A stretch of DNA of 64,000 nt from Asterias rubens (Eukaryota). Positions 1 through 9,500 of the stretch are shown piece by piece. The position numbers were made by a program, and so were the translations under genes. Every line of letters begins with the position of its first letter. The stretch's first letter is position 1. The notes under the pieces were generated by a model. That model was given only the letters and a program-made list of their open reading frames with translations. It had not been told where the DNA came from and ran no database searches. The stretch lies in assembly GCF_902459465.1 (NCBI RefSeq), contig NC_047066.1:6696001-6760000 (forward strand), read 5' to 3'.

Positions 1-3000
1 TATCCGTGTCTCAGTGATCCTAACTACCTGCTATTGCTCGGTAAGTTGGTCCAATCAGTAGTTATTTGTGACGCGGGCCTGGAACTACTTGCACGGAGGC
101 CACAGAGGCCCTTGAGGCCTTGGCCTCTGTTGCCCCTGGTCTTGGCCTTTGTGCGCATTCAAAAGTTTCCAATAAACTTTAAGATTTTCCAGGGCAAGCG
201 CCCTTTGCAAATTAAAGTTGGCCTTGCCTTCTCAGAGATGAAATTCCAAGCCTGGTGACATACATTTGAAGTTGGTATAACTCTTAGACCAACAAATTCT
301 CTGCCAAAAAGTCTACTCAATTGGGGGAAGCTTGACTGTGTGCAATTATTGGTCCACTTCAAATGCAACAAAGACACCAAATGAACAACAGATAAATACT
401 GAGCAACTCTTTGCAGATCTTGTATTTGACATACTCAAGCACTTGTACTCATTAACTCATTATTGACACAGCTATTGTTAATTGGTAGATAAATAACATT
501 GAGATAACTGCTACATAAGTGGTTTTTAACCGTTTGTTTATAAAGTGGACCCGAAAAAATGTGTACCAATGGTTTTGGCTGTGCACTGCACACCCTATGC
601 GTTTTTCATATTTTTTATTAATGTTTATGTTTTGTCGACAGATGCCAGGCAAACAAATGAATACAATGAGAGCCATATCATCACAGCAAAGAAAGCTCCA
701 AGGGTAATTCCTTCCCCCTTATTTATCTATCAATGTATGATACATCCATCAACTGCTTATTGTAACCATGGAGCTTTTTATAGCTTTTGTCAGACTTCTC
801 CATAATGTTCTTTGCTTTGCCGTCCTTGTCCGGTCACCCCAGCCATCTTCACGAATATGTCCCTCCATGCTCTTGATTTGAATCTTTTTAATTATTATCA
901 TTTCCTTATTTTTTATGCCATGACAAATCTTGTTTTTTCCACTTGCAGTCTCCTTCAGGTGAATTTCTTGTACCGTATGATGGTGAACTGGAGTGCAAGA
1001 TGCATGTTGTAGTGCTGGACAGCAAGGCACACAGTTTAAAAGATCAAGGTAGGGAACATGACTTATATATTAACCTATTAGTCGCCACATCCCAATTTCA
1101 GTAAAGTCTTCTGTCAATAGTTATTTGGATATATTCTTATCTTCCAGTATGCGCTAATCCACCAATCAGATGCTCGAACTGGAGGGTGGTTTAAAAAGCT
1201 ATAACCTACTCCTAGTTTTTATATTGCACTCTGCATATTGTGAGTGTCAATGCCTCAGGTTCCACATACCGACAGTGCAAAAATTACATTCTAAACTTTG
1301 CGCGTGCATGCTGTTAGTCGCGAAATAATGTTTGGGACACAGAAGCGCTATATTTTTCTGTATTTCACTCGCGCTTGTGTTATAACTTATAATCACTCTT
1401 GTTAGAGCCAAACAAGAAGAAAGAAGACAATAAATAAATTTCAGTGTGAGATGTGGTAGAGAAACCCCAGAGATTTAATTCCAGGGAAACCCACACAGTC
1501 AATCATAGTGGCCCCCGGTGGGAATAAAACCAGGGTTCCAGAGGTGGAAGGCGAGGCAAGACACGACTATACCAACCTGACCACCCCTTACCACTTGCCA
1601 AAATAGATAGGATGGTAAGAGTCTTGTCATGCAGTGTCCATGCTCACTGTGTACAGTAATATTAAAGGAACACGATGCCCTGGATCGGTCGAGTTGGTCT
1701 TTGAAAAGCATTTGTAACCATTTGTTATAAAATACATATGATTAGAAAGATATTTTAAAAGTAGAATCAAATGATCCCCAAAAGTATCACTCGAAATTGC
1801 GTTGTTTTCCTTTTACCTCGTCGACAAACACGGTCGGCCATATGGTCGACCGTGTTAGTTCGCAAAGTAAAAGGAAAACCACGCAATTTCGAGGCAAATG
1901 TGTGTGGATCATTGTATTCTACTTTTAAAACATCTTTCTAACCATATACATTTTATAACAAACGGTTATAAACGCTTTTCAAAGACCAACTCGGTCGATC
2001 CAGGGCATCGTGTTCCTTTAAATTCTGCAAAAGCCAGCTGGACTGTACTTTCTATCCATGCTCAGTATGGTGTTTTGAGTTTGAACAGAGAGGAAATGAG
2101 AAGGCTGGGTTTTGTGCAACTTCACTCCATGGCAAACACCATGCTTCTCAACATGCCTCGTTCTAAACACATTGTGGGAGACCATTCCCCCTTTCGCCAC
2201 ACACCATCACCAGAAGTCACCGGAAGTTTATCTTTAAAGAGGATTTTAAAACTTTGCCTGGTGGAACATTATGTACATGGGTTCACTGAAAATCTTATTA
2301 GGAAGTATATTATAACCTTTTAATCTCTTCTAATTATAACTTCAGGATCAGCTGTCGCTTGCGCCCTAGTCATGTCAGAAATGGGAAGTAGGAACCCGGT
2401 CAAAATCCTTCGAGGGGGATACGAGGAGTTCTCCGCCCTCTACCCATTCCTCCGAACCCAGAAGATCATCTACATGCCGAGGGAGCTGGATGAGCTTGTG
2501 CCTTACCCCGTCGAGGTCCTACCGGGACGGTTGTATCTTGGGGATTGTCGGCAGGCATGCAGGACTTCTGTCAGGAAAGAATTAAAGATCAAGGCAGTGG
2601 TGTGCCTGACGACTGAAGCCAATGAACTGTAAGGATTAGTTAATCTGAAAGGATATGCTTTTGTGTAAACATTTACATGTATCATGTCCCTATAAGTATT
2701 CAAAAAGTAAACACAGATTGTGTTTATTAAACATGACAAAATTATTATTAGAACACACTACCAAAAAGTGGTTTTGAGTTACAAAATATTGATCAACGTC
2801 ATAATCAGGCATGCAACTTTTTCTCAGATCAGCTGATTTCCTCTTTTTTCATTCTCAGTTTTATCATTCAAAATTGAAAAATACAGTACAAAATCTTTGC
2901 AATTTTGTATTTTCCTCTTTTTTTGGTGAAGTTACAGTTGCATGCTTGCATAATAATTAAGGTGAGAAGTCCAAAAGTCCACACAAAGTGAGTTCTTAGT

Positions 3001-5011
3001 TGGTCTCAACATTTCGACTAGCAAAGTAGTCTCCTGATGAATTCCGAAATCTATAATAATATTGAAGTCTTATATAGCGCACGTATCTACCAAACAAGGT
3101 ACTCGAGGCGCTGAGTATATACAAACTCTCAGAAAGATAGGTTATTGAAGTGACGAATTCTGAGACCCAATTATTTAGCACCTTGTAAGAGTTTACAAGG
3201 TGCTACGGCGCATACAGCAGCCACAGCCAGGAACACCGGGGCGGACCCCTTCTCTATTCTATAAGTGCGCTGGGTTCTTTTACATGCAACATGCGTTATG
3301 CAACACATGGGGCCAACGGCTTGACGTCCCATCCGAAGGACGAAGCAATGGTTAAAGTGTCTTGCTTAAGGACACTAGTGTCACGGCTGGAGATTCGAAC
3401 CCACTTCTGCTGATCAGAAACACCAGAGTTTGAATTCGGTGCTCTTGACCGCTCGGCCACCACACTTCCACAAGGCAGTAGAATAAAAAGCAAGACCTAG
3501 TTCCCAAAGACCAGACATATACGCAGCAAAGTAGATACACGTGGTGTTACCGCAAACCGAATATACCCTGATGCCTCACCATGCACTGCCGCTAAACCTT
3601 TAATGACTTGTTTATTTTTCCCAGAGCCAGTGATCTGAACAGTGATCAGCTTCTTCAAATTCAAGTCTCAGATGATGAAGAGGGCGACTTGGATCCACAC
3701 TTGAACCCAGCATGCCAATTTTTAGGTAAACAGAGTTTTCAGACGCTTTCCTTGGTATCAACAAGAACAGTAATTTCTGAATCTGAATTTTATAGTAGGC
3801 AATACATCCCAAAGGAAACTTCACACATTGAGCAGGACTAAATCTTACCTGGACTTTATTTGGTACAAGTAAATACATGTATATTTACTCTTTAGGAACA
3901 TTTATTTTATTTTATGTGAATATAATTGGTTTGATTTCATTTTATCAAATAAGTGCAACGACTTGTTGCAAACACATAAGAATTTAGAGTTGCTGTTAAT
4001 AATAAATTTGTTTAAAAAAAATAGAGTCTATATTTTTGTTTTACCTAAAAGTTCTGGTTATGAAGCAAGGGGTCCTTCGAAAAGTGAAATTGATCACTGA
4101 TCACTGTACTAGCCAAGAACCCAATTGAGAGACGACAAGGAAGTTTAAATTCTTTTGATATGGGAGGGAAAACCCCATAAAATTATTTCAGGGAAAACCC
4201 ACGCCATCAGGTAGGGACTGAAGATACCACTACGCCAACCCGTACGCCTCATGCACTTGACAGTTGATTTAACTAATTCTTCCCTGTCTCTGTTTCAGGT
4301 AAAGTCATCGGTGCAGACCAAGCTGCTTTGGTATGTAGTGACCACGGACTTAGCCGCAGTGTCAGCGTGGTGCTGGCTTACCTCATGGTGTTCTACAAAT
4401 GGTCACTGAAGGTAAATGTTTCATATTTTTCCACACATCAAAGTAAAGCATAAAACTTAAGCATGATTGTTATATTATGTTCAGGCTAGTTCAAATTTTA
4501 GATTCGAAGAGTAACAGTTCACAAAACCTGGCAAACCACATCACATGTTTACACCAGGGTAGTCGGGTTGGCTAAGTGGTGTCTTTGGTCAACTTCCACC
4601 TTAAGGACTCCCGTTTGAATTCTATGAGGGCACCGTGTGTTTTGGGTTTTCAGTCCCTACCTGATTGCAAGGGATTTCTCTAGATAATTCTCTGGGGTTT
4701 TCCTTCCACAACTGAAACTGAAATTTCCTTTCTTATCTTCTCTCCATGCGGTACTTGGAAAGTCTAGTGATTAAGCTTGCCTTTTTGAGAATATGCGGCT
4801 TCACAACCTAAGTTAATAAATAAATGAATACATAAATATACTAAAAGTTTACTATACAATTTTGTTCATTTTTCAACAGGAGGCTCATAAACATCTGCTG
4901 GATTGTAAGAGTAACATCCGTCCACATCGATCATTTGTACATCAGCTCTCCAAATGGGAGAAGACGGTATTTGGCGAGACGCTAACCGATGTTAGCGATC
5001 CCAACTTCTAA
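1..5011 (+). CDS. STYXL1: Serine/threonine/tyrosine-interacting-like protein 1 (MK-STYX pseudophosphatase), 5'-partial; exons 1-40, 642-703, 949-1048, 2346-2628, 3625-3725, 4299-4411, 4880-5011
   Basis: Exons join in phase at GT-AG sites: YPCLSDPNYLLLLD-ARQTNEYNESHIITAKK-SPSGEFLVPYDGELECKMHVVVLD-GSAVACALVMSEMGSRNPVKILRGGYEEFSALYPFLRT...YPVEVLPGRLYLGD-...-LVCSDHGLSRSVSVVLAYLM-...IRPHRSFVHQLSKWE...PNF*. This is a rhodanese/CH2 domain followed by a DUSP domain with Ser at the catalytic Cys position. The DPNYL..LD, HI.TA and GGYE.FSA.Y.F.RT motifs are characteristic of STYXL1. Confidence 0.9.
1470..1600 (-). mobile_element. tRNA-derived SINE (family B) fragment
   Basis: The minus strand has degenerate A/B boxes followed by tgtgggtttccctggaat...ctctggggttt. 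Related segments are at about 4130-4250, 4560-4800, 19440-19620 and 25545-25730. Confidence 0.5.
1666..2017. mobile_element. Foldback (almost fully palindromic) MITE with TTAA target-site duplication, Kolobok-like
   Basis: TTAA|AGGAACACGATGCCCTGGATCG ... CGATCCAGGGCATCGTGTTCCT|TTAA, with arms complementary over most of the length. A partial related copy lies at about 23880-23965. Confidence 0.85.
2806..2950. mobile_element. Small putative MITE with short terminal inverted repeats
   Basis: caggcatgcaac ... gttgcatgcttg inverted termini; no clear TSD. Confidence 0.35.
3050..3469 (-). mobile_element. tRNA-derived SINE (family A), near full length
   Basis: The minus strand starts GGAAGTGTGGTGGCCGAGCGGTCAAGAGC (A box), then GGGTTCGAATC (B box), a central gtgtccttaagcaagacactt block and an AT-rich tail. 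Related copies are at about 5134-5245, 19241-19370 and 25385-25480. Confidence 0.75.
4560..4830 (+). mobile_element. SINE family B copy
   Basis: ggttggctaagtgg (A box), ccgtttgaattc (B-like), tgggttttcagtccctacctgattgc shared with inverted copies at about 4200-4230 and 19500-19550; ends in an (aata)n tail. Confidence 0.55.
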
Positions 5012-5133
5012 ACTGAATTTCAGAATTAAAGCAAGCAATTAACATCAAGCCTTATGGGAAAGGTACACCTTTATGATCAACCAATGGTATCTAGTTGTTG
5101 GTGGTTTTGGATTGACCCTCCTACAGTATCTCC

Positions 5134-5245
5134 CTTGCTTAAGGACACAAGCGCCACGACCTGGACTCAAACCCACACTCTGCTGCAGATCAGAAACACC
5201 AAAGCTTGAGTTCGGATGCTCCTAACAGCTTGGCCACAACACATC
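5134..5245 (-). mobile_element. SINE family A fragment in the putative STYXL1 3' UTR
   Basis: cttgcttaaggacacaag...aacccacactctgctg...gatcagaaacacca matches the copy at 3360-3430. Confidence 0.7.
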
Positions 5246-6269
5246 CCCAACATGTACATGTAATTGTACAAGGCACAATACAATTTCTGTATCAACATCT
5301 TCTCTCTTCATTGGCTTTCCGCTGAAAGATGTACAGGCTATGAAATAATACAAGAGCCGGTTCCTTTGATGATGTAGCAACACTTTAAGTTGTGGCTGTG
5401 TTATGTATAAATAGATTTCTAATTGTCTCATGCATAATAGTTTATTAAGGCTTCACCTACAAGCTGATTCTGGGTATAAGTGAAACCTTACTGAACCATT
5501 ATGCAGTTGTTACCTCAGATAGAAAGTATCAATGAAGACTTAAGTGGGTGTCTTTTCTACAAAATCAAATACATAGTTTATTTCTTGCATTAGCACAATA
5601 TTTCAGTATTCCATGTCCATACATTGAGTAATCTTTAGCTGATACAGCTTTAGCTTGGTCAAGAATGTTGGTTAAAGTCATTTGTAAAAATTATTACACT
5701 TGTATTTACATTGTTTGTATAAATACCATGAGGGCAACAATGCACCTGTAATCATTGTAAGATATTATGAACTTAAAATAAACCCATTGTATATATTATT
5801 TCAAAACACATTGTGTTCAAATGTGTGTTTTTTAAAACAAATATTTAACAAAAATGTTTAACAGTTTCCCGGCTGGAGTAAAATGAACAGAAGAGATGAC
5901 CGATGACTCAGTAGTTTAGTGGAAACTAGTTGTTTAATCAGCTCCCAAGAAAACTAGTGAGTAAAGTTCACAATAGACAGGTCATTTAGGGCACCCCACC
6001 AGCCCTGCTGTCTATCACAAGCCCAGAATAAAAGAGAGTGTGATACACCATCTTGCTCTGCCTGTGCCACAAACAGACACAGAAGACATGACACAGTAAA
6101 CCAAAATGTCGAAAGTTACTTGCATTTTGAAATGGAACTTTAAGCTACTTTTAAAACATCTTGGTGCATGTTCACTGTTGTGATAGGTTGATCTATAAAA
6201 GAGCGTGGAGCTCTTTCACTTTAATAACCTACACTTTGAGGAAAACACACATAGAACAATTACCAGGAT

Positions 6270-6455
6270 AGCTCAATGGTTTAGCGGTAAGACACCTGCT
6301 CCAGCAATGCTCTAGACATCTGTTTTAGCAATGCAAAGGTTGTGGGTTTCGAAACCCACCCGATTGATTTGCCTGTGCAAAAACTCGGTGGGGAAAAGTA
6401 CCGAGTATACAGTGCTTCATACACAACGGTGTAAGGGTAAAAAAACAAAATAAAC
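6270..6455 (+). mobile_element. tRNA-related SINE-like repeat (family C)
   Basis: agcaatgcaaaggttgtgggtttcgaaacccac...gatttgcctgtg...aagtaccgagtatacagtgct...ggtgtaagggt recurs at about 37095-37430 (inverted) and 39900-40440 (several modules). Confidence 0.6.
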
Positions 6456-6552
6456 CAAACAGTTAATTAAGTTCTTCTGATTAAAAACGTGTAAGTTTTG
6501 ACTTTGCCTAAAGGCCAGAAAAAAAGTCTACAAGTAAATAATAGATATAATA

Positions 6553-9500
6553 TCAGACTACAACAGACCCATTATAAGTCCCTGCAATTGAAAGGACTTC
6601 CCTCCCCACCGTCTCCTCAGACCCACCATCTAAAAACGTCTCGGTCAGTTCCCTGAGCGTAATGGCAAGTCGTCTGGCGATTATTGCCCCTCGACATATT
6701 CCGTGATTCCAGTCGTGTCTTGCGGCACCAGACACAACAACCAGACTCCGCGCTGGGAGTGGTATCCTTACAGTCGGGGCGGTTTGGGGGTCATGCCCGG
6801 CAGAGGTCGTATCTGAGGTTGTAACTGGGGTCAGATCTGAGGTCGTAACTGGGGTCATGTCCAGAAAGGTTCCCGACAACAAGTTGATCGTTATTAATCT
6901 CTCTCCCCATAACCAGCTGTCGTCCCTGTGGGGATCAATGGAGGACCCTCTGTCCGGGCGATATTCAAGATTGCACAGTTCCACAGGGACAAAGTCGTCC
7001 AGACCAGGGTGTGAGTTTATGCGATTCACAAAGGGTTGGATGAATGGAGGCAGCCCTGTAAAACTTCCAGTTTTAAGTTTTCTTCGTTTGAAATTTACTT
7101 TTGGTCCGTAGTCCTGTGGTCCAAAACAGAGATATAAATTTGTTTTTATAACCTTGGTTTTTATCACAAAGAATGGGAAACAAAATTAATGATATCATTT
7201 TGTTTAAATTTTTTTTCAAAGAGTTCAATAACTTCAACAATATTGCAAATTAAGTATATAAATTTTAAGTAATTGGAGAGGTTTTACACATTTAATTCTA
7301 ATTGTTAATGACCAGTGATTAAAACTAAATTTTTTAAAAGGTTGTTCACAGAGTTTAAAATCTTCAACAAAATTTACAATTAAAAGAATAAGAACCTTTA
7401 CAAAAAGAAATAACTAAAATAATACAAACTTGGCAAGGTTTAAAGCCATTATACACTTTCGGTAAACAGTATTGTCCAAGTCCCACACTTCGTGTAGCAC
7501 AACTTATATATAAAATAACAAACCTGTGAAAATTTAGGTTCAATCGGTCATCGGAGTCGGGAGAAAATAACGGGAAAACCCACTCTTGTTTCCGCACGTT
7601 TTGCCGTGTCATGACATGTGTTTAAAATAAATCCGTAATTCTCGCTATCGAGAGTTGATATTGTTTTAATGTTTTCTCAAAAAGTAAAGCATTTCATGGA
7701 ACAATATTTCCAGAGAAGTCTTTCACCATTACCTTCTGTAAACCCTGTACATTATTCGTAAATCTGTGAACTTTTTTTTCTTCTTTCTGTACCGAAAGTG
7801 TATACACTGTAATGGCTTTAAACAAACAAGTTTATAAATTGTTAATGACTGGTGATTAATTTAAGTTTGTTTATTAAGATTTAACAAAAATTCAACAAAA
7901 TAAATCATTGGGCAAATTTTAAACAAACAATGCTCAGTTGTTAATGGTCAGTGATAAAATAAGTTTGTTTAAAAGTTGTTCAAAAATTTTCAACATTGTT
8001 GACAATTTAAAAAATAAACAAAAAGAAGTCATTGGCCAAGTTTTACACAAATAGTTCAAAAAATTGTAATTGAGTAGTGATTTGTTTACAGTTAATAAAG
8101 AACTAACTAAAATAAAAACCTTTGTCTCACCTGTTTCCATCGCCCAGACTGAGATGGTTTCCATGGTGACTCATCAATAATCTGGACAATTTCTGCCTCT
8201 TCTTCTTCAGACACAAACTCAGGTATGAGAATGACTCCTGGAAATTCAAGACCATTCCCGGAGTGCTCACAAGTCGACGTTACTAATGACTTGTCATTGA
8301 AACTCTCTGTCTGTTGATACGCTTCATTACACATCCAGCAGTAAATGTATGGCTTCTCCTTTAAAAAATAACACAAACACACTTTTCTGAATTATTAACT
8401 TGTTCATAATTTTTTTCTAAAAGTCAGGTGTTTTTTTAAGTATTGCTTGTGGTTCAGCACATCTCCTTTGTAAAAAATTAAAAAAATTCTGACCTCTGGA
8501 AATTATATTATATTTCCTCTGGCAAACTCAAGTTTTGGTGTTCAGTTTGCATTTAGCCTCACTGATATCTATTTCTTGAAAAATTATGCAGAAAACAAAC
8601 ATTTTATATTCATAATTTCTTAAACTCAAACACTTCGGCAGCTGAACAGCGAGGAATTATTAGTAAGAATTATTTAACTAGGCCTACGTCTTGAATTGAA
8701 GTTTCATGGCCCAGATGTTTTTTCTTGATTGAATTTTGACAGATGATACTGTTCCAAAACAAACAAAAACATGATAAAACTTTGGCATATTCAAGACCCA
8801 GTATTCAGTAACTAGGGCGCTGTACTCCTTTTGTTTGAAGTTTGTCATTATCTATTGCTATTTAATGACAAACTTTGAAAAAAAGGAGTACAGCGCCCTG
8901 GGTCTGAGCTACTCCTAGAACTATGCGGTGTGTTCCCAGATGCTTGTCCATATGTTTTGTACACAAAGCACGGATTGGGTATTTTTTCTTTTCAGGGCGA
9001 ACGTGTGCAGACAATTCTTCATGTTTGTCCTGGGAAAAAAAGTACTCGCACGTACCTCGCAACGAATCGGGCAATCGGCATTTGTCAATGAGAGTTCTAA
9101 GGACACATAAGGCCTAATTTTGGCGAGATTTAAAAAAGAAGAAGAGAGATTTGGGTTAGCAAAATTAAAACTAATAGTTCTAGGAGTAGGTCTGAGCATG
9201 GAGAGAGAAAAATATATTTCTACGTCACTCCATGGTCTGAGCATATGCCACAGACAATCCAGTGCAATAATGGAAGGCACTAAAAACTAACCTCTACAGC
9301 GGTTCGGAACTTTTCGTGTGCTCTCGGAACACTCCGGCACGGTTCGCGCGATCCCCCACGCAGCAGGTTTGGGGAGTTGTTACATAAGAGTGGACTAACC
9401 ACTAGGACCTGGTTGTTAATGATTTCATGTCTAAAAGATGCAAGTACTGCTTCAGACCTCTTTATTCAAGTACGTTTGTAGCAGCAGGTTTGGGGAGTTG

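Noticed and set aside
3370-3469. tRNA gene
   Set aside because: A and B boxes are present, but there is no closed cloverleaf or acceptor stem, and it continues into a SINE body found in several copies.
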